NCBI GenBank assembly: GCA_965649765.1
Contig: OZ287755.1
Location: 58,838,001 to 58,902,000 of the forward strand
Length of the DNA stretch: 64,000 nucleotides
Direction of reading: 5' to 3'
Origin: Bispira polyomma
Lineage: Eukaryota
A program made the translations under genes and the position numbers. The notes under the pieces were generated by a model. That model did no database searches. It was not told the DNA's origin and was given only the letters and a program-made list of their open reading frames with translations. This document shows, piece by piece, positions 25,851 through 38,155 of this stretch. How positions within the stretch are numbered: position 1 is the first letter of the stretch; the number at the start of each line of letters is the position of its first letter.

Positions 25851-26419
25851 AAAACAGCCTGATGTTGTAATTACGACATGAAAAAGTGTTCATGCTTAAC
25901 CTGTATCAACTCAGTATCTTTGATACAGAAGTTCTAAAAGATCTTTGTCCATAATATCAAATTCTTTTTTATATCATGAGTTTTTGTTATTGTAAAGTTC
26001 TTTCTATTGTAAACCTTTGTTGGTTGTTTGTGTTAAAAACAGTTTTTGGGTGTGATCTCTGAAGGCTGTCGTATTGTCTTCCTTGGTAAAGCTAGTATTA
26101 TCATTATCAAACTTGATGTCAACTTTGTCATTATCAGAAAACAGGGTGTGGGGGTTACAAAGAAATTTGTAATATACATGTATTTAATAAAGTAGATCGG
26201 GACACAAATATTTGAATTTAGAATACATGGATAGATTTTTCTTTATGCTTTGTGCCATCTAAGAATAATTTGTAATATATGGGTAATCCTTCTAACCTTC
26301 ATACACTTATTCCCTGCAAAAGCTTTACATTATTGCGAATATCTTGGTAATTTATGATTGTTATATTACCTTGACTTTATGTTTTGACTTTATGTTGATG
26401 ACTTTACCTTGACTTTATG

Positions 26420-29400
26420 TTTTGACTTCCGGTTTGGCGGCGGCGGTTCGTAAATTTCAAAATTAAATTAATCTAGTCTTTTTATATCCACGTTTTGGCT
26501 TGTTTTACTCAAAAATCATCCTCACATGTTAGTATACAAACTGTTTCTCTATTTTATGCTTAGTCTTTGTACAACATCTCTTATTTTTTGAATTTGGGGT
26601 TATACTGAAAACTATCCCCTATTATCGACCATCACCACTATATATTGTTTTCTGTTTTTTGTGCTTGGCACCCCTTTTTTTGTACCATCACGTTTACATT
26701 TAGCGCTTGGCACACCTTTTATATCCTCACGCAATATTTTATTCCTTGTTTTTCTCCGAATTGCTTTGTTTATACATTGTCAAAGCCATACCACCTGGAA
26801 GACATTAATTTGTCTTGCAATCCTGTTCCACACTTCTGGTCCCTTCATACACACTGTTACTTTCGATCTAAATTCTGCCCAGTCAATTACCTACCAAAGG
26901 CTAAAACATTCAAACTCATTACTATCCTACTGGCAGGTGATATCGCGAGTAACCCTGGCCCAATTCAGTTCGGATTTGGAAATGCCCGCTCGTTGCGGAA
27001 TAAAGGCCCTGTCATAGCCGATTTGATCAACTCGTCTTCTATAGATATTTTTGGCATCACAGAAACACATATTAGGAGTTACGATACTCCATCTTTCCTC
27101 TCTGACCTCACACCAGCTGACTTTCAGCTATTCCATAACCCTCGTGTAGGAAAACAGGGTGGGGGGGGGTGGGATTTTTTATCAAAAAGAACTATGAATG
27201 TCAGTTAGTTGCTGCACCTAGTTTTACATCTTTCGAACTCATCCTTGTCTCTGCTCACTGGAAGAACCATTGTTTAAATTTTGCAACAGTTAATCGACCT
27301 CCTGGTTCAAATCTCACCACATTTTTCGAAGAATTCATCTCTTTTGTCGGGTTCACTTGCTCGTTACCCTCTCCTACTATATTCTGTGGTGATTTCAATA
27401 TCCACATGGACACCGCATCCAGTAATAGTAATCGCTTCTCTACTGTTCTGGAATCTTGCAACTTTATCCAACACATAAACTTCCCTACCCATATTCATGG
27501 GCATACACTAGACTGCCTGCTAACTCCTACTGATTTCAATGGTATCAGAAATATAAAAAACATTGGTTGCATCAGCGATCATTTCTCAATATCCTGTGAA
27601 ATTGATGCTCCCTCCCCGCAATCTTTTGCTGTCACACAAATCACTTTTCGTCAATTTCAAAAAGTAAATATGTCAGACCTCAGACGAGAGTTGGCCGATA
27701 CGGCCTTCGTCAAGTCTCCTGCTGATAATGCAACGGATCTATACATGCAGTACTGTGCCGACCTACAATCTCTCCTGGAACGCCATGCTCCGTGTAAGTC
27801 CAAAACACTGAAGAAGCCTGCACCTGAGTGGATCACTGGTAGGTACCGAGAGTTGAAGATGCTGCGTAGACAAGCTGAACGGACATGGCGCCGAAACAAA
27901 ACTACCGCAAACAGGTCGCGACTACGCCAATGCATCACCAGGTGCAATAACACCATCAATGATGCCAAACGTGTACACTACACCAACATGATCACAGAAT
28001 GCGAGGGTGACTCAAAGAAACTCTGGGAGAAATTAAACAGCACCCTACACCGGAAAAAACAGACTGTACTACCCGACAACAGCAATAGTAAATCACTGGC
28101 AAACATTTTTAGTACTTTTTTTACTGATAAAATTACCAGACTCCGTGATAGTTTTACATCAGCTGCCCCAAATGCTCCTTTACCATCAGCTCCACCAACC
28201 ATCTTCAACCGTTTCTCCACAGTAACTGTTGATGAGGTTAGGAAAATTATACTTACATCGCCCGTAAAATCTTGCTTGTTAGATCCGTGGCCTACATTCC
28301 TTGTTAAGGAATGTATTGACATTTTATTGCCCTCAATCACCAAACTTGTTAACCTCTCATTGGTCAATGGCGTCTTTCCAAATGATTTTAAAAAAGCCAT
28401 TGTCACTCCTTTAATAAAAAAATCTTCTCTCCCAAAGGCTGACTTGAAAAACTACCGTCCTGTCTCAGGCCTTTGCTATATCTCTAAGTTGGTTGAACGC
28501 GTGGTCGCCTTACAGATCAAACAACATCTCGACGTTAGTAATCTATGCAATAAGTATCAGTCAGCGTACAGAAGTGGTCATTCTACAGAGACTGCACTAC
28601 TCTGCATCAAAAATGACGTTCATATATCTCTATCTAAAGGTATGCCTACTGCCTTAGTACTGCTGGATCTGTCGGCGGCATTTGATACTATTGATCACAA
28701 TGTTCTTCTTGAGTGCCTATCGTCTTGGTTTGGTATCAACGGTACTGCACTTAAATGGTTCACGGCGTATTTGTCTGATAGATTCCAATCGGTCAAAATC
28801 GGCACCATCTTGTCCGACCCTACATGGTTAAAATTTGGGGTTCCCCAGGGCTCAGTCCTGGGTCCTATTTTGTTTTCAATGTATACCACCCCACTCAACA
28901 AGATCATTGCTGCATACAAAAACATAAACTTTCACTTCTATGCAGATGATACTCAATTGTACATCCACCTTACACCCGATTCTGCCCAGGCAGCTTTCAC
29001 CTCCTTACAGAACTGCCTTGTCGATGTACAACACTGGATGGCAGCAAATAAACTCAAGCTGAACCCTGATAAGACCGAGTTTACTTTCTTTGGCTCCAAG
29101 TTGCAACGGGAAAAACTGTCCAGCTGTTTCCCAGTTGATATTCTTGGTAGCAGGCTTTTCCCAGCTGACAAAGTACGCAACCTGGGCGTGTTGTTTGACT
29201 CTGAATTCTCCTTCTCCAACCATGTTGCATCCGTGTGTAGATCATGTTTTGTTGGCCTCCGCGATTTTAGGCGAATTAGGCGTTATCTAACCAAATCCAC
29301 TGCAATCACTGTTGCCCACGCCTTGGTCAGCAGTAGGCTTGATTACTGCAACTCTCTGTTCCGTTCCCTATCTTGTAGTGACCTCAAATGTCTTCAGAAC

Positions 29401-29965
29401 GTTCAACACTCATTGGCTCGCATCGTGGCCAAAACTTCTAAATTTTCTCATATTACTCCTGTACTTAAGTCACTCCACTGGCTCCCAATAAAATATCGTG
29501 TTGCTTTCAAAATTGCAACAATTATATACAAATTTCTAAATTCTGGATCACCCACCTATTTCGGCCCCCATCTATCCAAATATACATGCTCAGTCAGTAC
29601 TAGGCGCAGTAACCCTGATAAGTTATATCTTAACATTCCCACTTTCGACCCTCGCATCCACAAATCCAAAGTACATTTCAATCATTACCTTGCTCATGAT
29701 GGCCCCTTCATATGGAACAGCCTGCCTGATCATGTTCGCTTGGCTCAAACGTTCTCTTCTTTTAGGAGTAAACTGAAGGCCTACCTTTTCGAACAGGCCT
29801 TTCCACCTTAGCCATCGCAACCATCCCGGTAGTCTCTCTGGTTATGACCACCATCCGTCCCCCATTTCTGATTTTTTTTTTGATTAATGCTTAGGTTAGT
29901 TGCGCCTTAGAATTTGTTGTACAAAGATTAAGCGCTATAAAAGTACGATTAGATTAGATTAGATT
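26420..29965 (+). mobile_element. Near full-length L2/CR1-group non-LTR retrotransposon (2A-like motif, AP endonuclease, reverse transcriptase) with (GATTA)n tail
   Basis: APE motifs NARSLRNK, ITETH, GDFNIH, SDH; RT motifs NYRPVS, DLSAAFDT, GVPQGSVLGP, FYADD, SRLDYCNS, LHWLP; tail gattagattagattagatt at about 29947-29965; 5' end approximate. Confidence 0.95.
26645..29811 (+). CDS. LINE endonuclease/reverse transcriptase ORF, split into 26645..27208 and 27169..29811 by one extra G in a G9 run
   Basis: 880-aa open frame; removing one G at 27161-27169 restores the GGGVGFF endonuclease motif and fuses the two ORFs. Confidence 0.9.
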
Positions 29966-30024
29966 GAGTAAAGAAATAAGTGAATATTAAACTACTAAAA
30001 TAGGTGATCCTCTAAACGTTTACA

Positions 30025-32200
30025 TGAATAATAATATAATAATAATAGAAGTATTTATGTAGTGCAAAATTGATAAAAATCCTCTAATGCGCTGAATTCC
30101 AAAAAGGGATTGTCCACTATCAATCGAAGGTCGTTACCAAATGAGCGCCAACCAGGAAGTAACTAAGGTGGGGGATATGCCAGTCTGAACAAGTGAGTCT
30201 TGAGCTGGCTTCGAAAACCTGATAGTGTCTGCTGGGATCTGACATTTTTGTGGCAACCTGTTCCATTCTGCCGGTGCAGCGACAGCAAAGCTGCGCCTTC
30301 ATCCAATTTTTCGTCCAGGGCGAAGTGAAACAGATAGTCTATTTAAACATGTGAGGCTGCTGGACTTGATTAAGGAAGATAGGTATGGAGGCTGGGAACA
30401 GTTAATAGCCTCGAAAACTAGCAGGTTGTACTTGAAAAGGATGAGATGTTCAATGGGAAGCCAGTGGAGTTTTTGAAGATAAGGGGTAACATGGCTGAAT
30501 CTGTCAAGCCTGTAAACAATGTGACAGAGAGTATTTGGATTCTCTGGCAATATTAGCCTTACTGACCCCGTATAGTAAAGAGTTGCAGTAGTCCAAGTGA
30601 CTACTGACAATAGCATTTGCCACCAGAACTGCAGTATCAGCGCTCTAGGTCTACAAATTCGTTGCAAGTCACGTAGATGATAGTAACAGGCACGGCAAAC
30701 CTTGGCAAAATGGTTATCAAAGGAGTTGTCCTAGTCAAAGATGACACCCTGGTTTTTTACCTCCGCTGACGGAGTGATATTGTTTTGGAGGAATGAAGTA
30801 GGAAATTTTGGTGTAAGTGACTCTGTAGTAGGTTCGTTACCTTTTATAATGAACTCTGTTTTATCTGGGTTGAGTTTTAATTTTGCACAATCCATCCACT
30901 CCTGGAGTGATTTTAATCAGTCAGTGAGCTCGGCAATACTTGAGTCAAAGTTCCTAGAATCCAGAGCTAGATATATCTGTGTGTCATCAGCATACAGGTG
31001 ATGGGTAACATTAAACTTTGAAATGACTTGACTGAGGGGGGTAGTGTACAGGGTAAAAAGCAGAGGACCTAAGACAGGACCTTGGGGAACACGAAGGGAA
31101 GCAAAAAGACCCTAGAAAAACTGCTGCCAATTTTGATTTTTTGTTTACGGTAGGATTTGATCCACAGTAATACAGTCCCATCAATTCCAAACCAGTCCAA
31201 TAAACAGTTATATAAAGTGTAGTGATCGATGGTGTCAAAAGCTGCATAGAGGACCAGTAATGTACGGGCCACTGCCTTTCTCGAGTTCACTGAAGTAGCT
31301 ATATCATTTTGAATCTTGAGTAGAGCGGTCTCTGTGGAGTGGGAGCTCCGGTATGCAGATTGGTTAACATTTGCAATACCTTCTTGGGAGATGAATCCAT
31401 TAAGCTGTTTAGCCACGACCTTCTCAATGAGTTTTGAAATAAAACTGAGATTTAACACCGGTCTGTAGTTTTTTAGGATGTTTCTGTCCAGGCTGGGTTT
31501 TTTGAGTAAAGGGGTGACATGAGCAGTCTTAAAGCAGTTTGGAAAACTGCCCTCCTTGAGTGAGTAATTGACAATGTTGGTTATAAGTATGTCAATGATT
31601 TAGAGGGTGAGGATTGTAAAATTTTGAGCAAGTGCTGCTCAGATACTGGTGTAAAAGTAGACAAAGTCTGTTTTATGAGGTGTGGTTTAGTGAATACCGC
31701 TGATAATGAAGACTGTAAGGTAGACCTCATCCTGACTATTTTCTCTAAAAAGAAATAACCAAAGGTGATAGCCAAGTCGGCAAGGTTTGTGTAGTCTGGC
31801 AAAACAACTGCCGAGGACTTATGTAGAATAGTTTTAAAACATTTCCATAATGCATTTGGGTTTCCTTGATTTTCAGTAACAATGTTTGAGTAGTGGCTGC
31901 ATTTGGACCGCTCCAGAAGGTAGTTGTAGTGATTAACCGCAGCACGATATCTGCTACAATTACTCCCAGAGTTATCGCGGCGTCATGCGCGCTCATGTTT
32001 CCTCTTGAGATGTTTTGGGGCAAGAATGTTGCTGTTCATGAATCCAGTCTTAAGAGGCTTTGGTACACTCTTCTTCTTCATTGGGGCATGCGTGTCAAGG
32101 AGGTTATGCAGGGTAGTAAAATATTGATGGCTGAGAAGACAAGCTGGTTTGTGGGGACATCTAATTAGGTCAGATAAACAAACATATCTTTAAAATAGTG
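30025..32200 (-). mobile_element. Decayed, 5'-truncated L2/CR1-group LINE
   Basis: Frameshifted RT pieces (NLSFISKLIEKVV, QSAYRxxHSTETAL, YADD, LHWLP); short-repeat tail near 30025-30046; tail-to-tail with the + copy. Confidence 0.9.
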
Positions 32201-32279
32201 GGGTTTTATGCAATCTATACATGTTCTTGCACAATGGCAGATTTAGGGGATGCACCCAGACTGGTGTTCATATGAATCA

Positions 32280-32725
32280 ATACCTTTTGTGGTAATTATG
32301 AGATTTACCTTTTGTGGTATTTACGAGATTGGCCTTATATGGTAATTATAAGATGACCTAATGTAGTAATTCTGAGTTTGCAATGTGTGGTAATTCTGAG
32401 TTGGCAATATGTGGTAATTCTGAGTTGGTCTTATGGGGTAATTCTGAGTTGGCGTTATGTGGTAATTATGACATCAACTTATGTGGTAATTATGAGATGA
32501 CCATATGTGGTAATTCTGAGACTGACCTTATGTGGCAATTCTGGGATGACCCTGTGTGGTAATATTGAGTTGACCTCATGTGGTAGTTCTGAGACTGACC
32601 TTATGTGGTAATTCTCAGATTGACTTTATGCGGTAATTCTGGTGTTGATCTTATGTGGTAATTCTGAGTTGACCGTATGTAGTAATTCTAAGTTGTCCAT
32701 TATGTGTTAATTATAAGATGACCTT
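32280..32725. repeat. 24-bp minisatellite (ctgagttgaccttatgtggtaatt)n, related to the 25165 array
   Basis: About 18 diverged units sharing gaccttatgtggtaatt. Confidence 0.9.
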
Positions 32726-32799
32726 AAGGTCGACCTAAAATAGATATAATATCAGAGATGCCTAAACCCCCCCCCCCCCCCCCCCCCACACACCCAAAA

Positions 32800-34702
32800 A
32801 AAAAAAAAAAATTACCTAAAATCTACCAGCTTTGTTGTCTCTCCATCCGATGATGTCTCAGAGCTGTATAATCAATATTTTAACTCTCTCAGTACCCTCC
32901 TTTATAATCATGCGGAAAATTCTAAATTCTGAAGAAAGCCTTACTATCCTTGGTAACTGATGAATACCGTTGTGCCAAGTCTTTGATGTGCCAATATGAA
33001 CGTTTGTGGTAGAAAAAATTAAAAAATAAAGACTTGGCTGCACTCTATAAATCACGTCTTAGGAGAATGACAAACAGATGTAACTCTCTCGTCAACAAGG
33101 CCAAAGGTGACTTATATGCAGACATTATCACCAACTCAACAGACTCAAAAGCCTTATGGTGTGAACTAAGCAATGTCTTGCACAGGAAATCAGAGACTAT
33201 TTTACCTGAGGGTCAGCAAGATATTACTTTGGCGAAAAAGTATTGTCAGTTTTTTAAGAATAAAATTGAAAAGATCAGGGAAAGTTTTCCAAAATCAACA
33301 AAATCAGATGTCTCACCTGATGTAGCTCCAAGAGATTTCTGTAAATTTGATTCAGTTACTGAAGATAATGTTAAGAAAGTCATACTTGGTTCCCCCACCA
33401 AGTCATGTAATCTCGACCCCTGGCCTATTTTCCTTGTAAAGGAATGTGTTGACATTCTTCTCCCATCAATCACAAAACTGGTTTACAATTCCTTAGCTCA
33501 AGGTGTGTTTCCAACTAAGTTAAAAAGGGCTGTTTTCACTCCTCTCATAAAGAAGGCTTCCTTACCAAAAAATGACTTAAAAATATCGACCTGTATCTGG
33601 ACTATGCTATATCTCAAAATTGATAGAATGGGTTGTAGCCCAACAGCTCAACAGTTTTCTTGAAAAATTCAGCCTTGACAATACTTACCAATCAGAATTG
33701 AAAGACTAAAAACCTGGTTTGGCCTGAAGGACTCTGTTTTTCAATGGTTTGTTTCCTATTTGTCAGACAGGTACCAATCTATTAAAATTAGCGATATTCT
33801 ATCTGACTTACAAATGCTGAAATTTGATGTGCAGCAAGGGTCTGTGCTTGGACCACTCCTATTTTCATTATACACTACACCCTAAGCCAAATTATTTCCT
33901 CCTATTCTTCTATGGAATATCACTTCTATGCAGATGATACACAGATCTACGTGCACCTTACTCCAAACACATCAAGCTGAAACCAGATAAAACCGAATTC
34001 ATATTGTTTGGCTCGGGCACTTAACATGCTGAACTGTCAAATTCTTTTCCAGTTAACATTCTTAGGGCACTGTTAACTCCAACTGATAAAGTGAGGAACT
34101 TGGGAGTTTTGTTTGATAGTATTTTTCCTTTTCCAGTCATATCCAATCAGTGTGTAAGTCATGCTTCATGGGTCTTGAGACCTTAGAAGAATCAGGGAGT
34201 TTTTATAATAAAGTTACCCCACAGGCTCCCTGTTAGGTATCAGTATGCTTTTAAAACTGCTACAATAGTATAAAAGTTTCTTGATTCAGTTTTGCCTAAA
34301 TACTTGGAACCACACTTGAGTTATTACAAGTGTAATGTTAATACCAGGCAAGCTGCTCCCAAAATAGATTCCTTCTTCCTCCATAATTTAAATCTAAAGT
34401 GTATAGGTTAAATTTTCACTTTGATAAAAGTTTTGCAAATGAGGCTCCTACCCTATGGAATAGTTTACGTTAACATATTAGGACAGCTCTGTCCCTGTAT
34501 TCCTTTCGGCACAGTTTAAAGACCTATCTGTTTAATGATGCATTCCCTCCATAGTCTCTTTCCTGTTCTCGGTGGACGTATTGATGATGACTTCCTTCTG
34601 TCAATCACCAATGATTTTTTGGCTCTGGTTGTGTTTTTTTACACATTAGAATTTGTTACAACCAAAATAAGTGCTTAAAAAGTCTGATATATTATTATAT
34701 TA
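32800..34702 (+). mobile_element. Decayed, 5'-truncated L2/CR1-group LINE
   Basis: ORF 33034..33663 (KSCNLDPWP..VKECVDILLPSITKLV) resembles the 27169 ORF; downstream QQGSVLGP, YADD and WNSL remnants; tattat tail. Confidence 0.9.
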
Positions 34703-36839
34703 CCCCCCAGTCTTATTTTTGGGTTCAGATTTTGTCCTAAAGTTAAGACCTAGGTTGGGAGGTGTCTCTAGCAGTTAACAGAAAGTCTCAATCATGAGTC
34801 TGTATAAATAGTGAGCAAATAGAGGTTTTGATGATTTAAAATGAACTAGAAATATTCCATTATTTGTAACTCCACAGATCATTAAATTAGATGATAAATA
34901 ACAAGCAAAGCATTTGTCTCATAAGTATCTTACTTTCAAAAACTTTTACAACAAAATGTATCATACAAATCTTGTTTGAAATTATTATTAAGTACATAAA
35001 TTTTAAGTTGCAATCATTCGATTATCTTGGTAATTTTCTGATGGTCTGCATATAAAAAATTATAAAAACAATTAGAGAAAGATTATGATTTTATTATTTA
35101 TTTTGATCATACTTGACTGATTGTACAGAACTCGATACTAACAATTAATATTCAAGCAAATTTATTCAGAATTGTTAAGTCAAAAAAAGAAAAAAAAATA
35201 TATATGTATTGGACATTGGTTTTTTATCTCCTTCTCAATCTTAAAGTCTATCAAACCACATGATTTGAAAAAAACAAAACAAGCCATTTTCCATAACAAT
35301 TAAATTTTATTTACAAAATTATTGCAATGAAACATAACCTTTTTATTATCCACTCGGCCATGAAATACAGCGATTTTGTGTGTAATACAGATTGGGTGAT
35401 TAAATTATTATTATCACTCGACTCCCGTGACTATGACAAGGAAACATGTCATATATACTGATATTACCAAGGGTTTGGAGCTAAAATTGTTGACTATTTT
35501 AACATAAATCTAACCACAGGTAAACATTACATGAAATAGAAACCTTAAGCAAATACTATAATACTAAAATCAGGATTTTTAGTACTTTCAAAATATGTGT
35601 AAATATAAGTTAATTCTTAAAAGTACTAACTTTATACTTCTTGACTTTTCAAATTTTTATACTGCAACGTCGTACTGAAAGGTTTTAAAATGTAAACAAA
35701 GCGCACATCGGTGTACGTTTGTGGTAATTTGTAGGCATTAAAAACTGCAAAAGATTATGAATTTTAATGAGTGGGTATTAAATAAATATTTAATGTAAAA
35801 TAACCCTTGTTCTACTTATACATAGTATTATATAACATTTTATAATGAGAGAAGATCAAACAATTCAGTGTGAGTCCTACTTTTGTAATATATGTCACTC
35901 AGGTAGTTTTACAGTTATATTTACAAGGCACAGATAAACACGATAAATGCATTTGCAGGAAACAGTTGCCCTTTTACACTATTTAAAGATTAATAACACA
36001 TTAATGTCACCAACAATGGCCACTTTTATTTACTGTAAACCCATAATGTACATCTCAACCACACATTACTCTTGGGGATTGGAAATTTTCACTGGGAATT
36101 ACTTCATTTATGCAATTTCCGGGGAGGTGGGGGGGGGGGGGGGGCTTGTTTAAAGAAAGCAATGTTGATATGTGGTAGTGTAACATACTGTTATTATAAT
36201 AATAAAATTATAATAATATGCATAAAGAAAGTTTAACTCTCCACAAAATTTCTTCATTCTTAACCATAGGTCAATTCAATTTACATGCTGACCTACATTA
36301 TCACACAATGATGTAATACAAGTCATGACTTAAACATTTCGAAAACTAAGTGAAAGAGAGATGTAACAATTCTCCATTACACATTTAGTGATCTAAAAAT
36401 TTCTTCAAAACGAGTGGGGGGTGCTATGACTTACTTTATTAAAAAATACACTATTTCAGCTACTTAACTTTTATTAGTGAAACAAGAAAATATTTTTTTA
36501 TTTGCAGGGAGTGTTTAAAGTTTTTAATTGCATGTAAAAAAAACACGACAGGTAGTGAAACTCAAGTTTTTAGAAATATTTTATAGTAAAATCAATTAAA
36601 GTTTCTATTCAAGCTAAATTTTCCACGTAACTAGTATGTGTGAGTATATATCTTCTGATTTATATAAGACACAACCATAATAACTATGGATCTTTTTACA
36701 ATTCCAAATTCTGCCTATAGTCACTTCATCCAAAAATCAAGAAATGAAACAGAAATAGTAGTTTTATTCCTTGGCTTTTTTGACGACTTAGATGTCAAAA
36801 TTTGGTGAGGCACCTGTGACTTTTCCTATAATTCTTTAA

Positions 36840-37018
36840 CCCTTTCAACCTGAAGGTAAAGCTTTTGATAGAGATAGCAGATAGCTGGCATCACTAAAAC
36901 ACACACCACAGACTACTTCCGACATTCTATAACAGTGTGCCGACTCCTGGCCAACCAACATTGGTTCTGGTGGGAGTAACAAAATGCTTGCTGATAGCAT
37001 AGAGGTCGAAAGGGTGAA
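36840..37018. mobile_element. piggyBac-like MITE family member (related copies at about 3660-3856, 5570-5832, 12010-12450, 17130-17297)
   Basis: ttaaccctttcaacct...aggtcgaaagggt termini; shared internal agactacttcc and cttgctga motifs. Confidence 0.55.
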
Positions 37019-37964
37019 ATATTGGAGTCGATGTACCAAAATATCTAATCTGTTCCAATTTTTGGTCTACACATTTTGAACATAACTAGACCAAGAGAAA
37101 CTTTATCATCTTGAAATAGAAATGTATTGTTCATTAGAATTAGTGTAATTAATGCAAGGCCTATGGTAAAAAGGTATAGATATTCCTGCATGTATTTACG
37201 GCTGGGTCTGAAGAGGACCTAGTACCCATTTAAAATTAAAAATAGACTAAAAAGTGCTATTTCCAATAAGTGATATTTTACATTAATTGACCATTCTACG
37301 TGAAATAAAGGCTGCATGGTTTTTCCCATACTACAATCATTCACCGGAAAAAAGAACGCAGACCAGGCAAAGAATCAGGGGCCGTATTCAAGTAAAATTC
37401 CATTGCCAACTTAGATTTCAAGTATTTTCTTGATTTGTTACTAATTTAGATCTAAGTGATATTCACGAAAGATAACATTCTTACTTTGGAGAAATATACT
37501 TATTATCGGACATTCTAAGTTTTGGTGAGTGACTGTATACATAGCATTGAACCCATTGAACCCCACAGCCGTAAAAAGATCTGTACGCGTACAGTTAACT
37601 CTGCAACTAGAACAAGTATTGAAATTTTTCTCTAAAACTAGAACCAATTTTGAAATTACTGCTGCCCACCAATCAAAACACTATAGTCAAACCTCTTTTA
37701 AGTAGAACTCTGATAAGTCGAATTACCTGTCAAGTGTAAGTTATTTTAGGATCCCATTGCTAGATTTCTAATCAAAATTTACCCTAATAAGTAGAATTTC
37801 TGTCAATTAGAGTAATTTTCATGGTTTCTTCAGATTTGTCTCAACAGGGTTTCAATGTACTAGTGTTCCATTGGGTATATAAGTAGTGCAAGTTCTAGCT
37901 AGTAGGCAGAAACAAATCATGTAGACATATTGGACACATCTGACTTATTTTATACAGATAGTGT

Positions 37965-38155
37965 CTACGCATCTATTCCTATACGCCGACAAGCTTTGCA
38001 GCAATTCTCCCTAGCCTTTCTTTTAGCCCTGCAGGCTCTCTTAAGATATCCTTCTTTCTCAAGTTGCGCGCAGGTGCATTCTGGACAAATGCCGTTATTT
38101 TTCGTTGTAATGGTGACTCTGTATTCCGGATTGTTGATGCAGCAGTCGCTCAGAT
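37965..38155 (-). CDS. Cys-rich gene last exon, module 5 (LSDCCINNPEYRVTITTKNNGICPECTCAQLEKEGYLKRACRAKRKARENCCKACRRIGIDA*)
   Basis: cattgcag acceptor, TAG at 37967..37965, 9 Cys. Confidence 0.9.
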
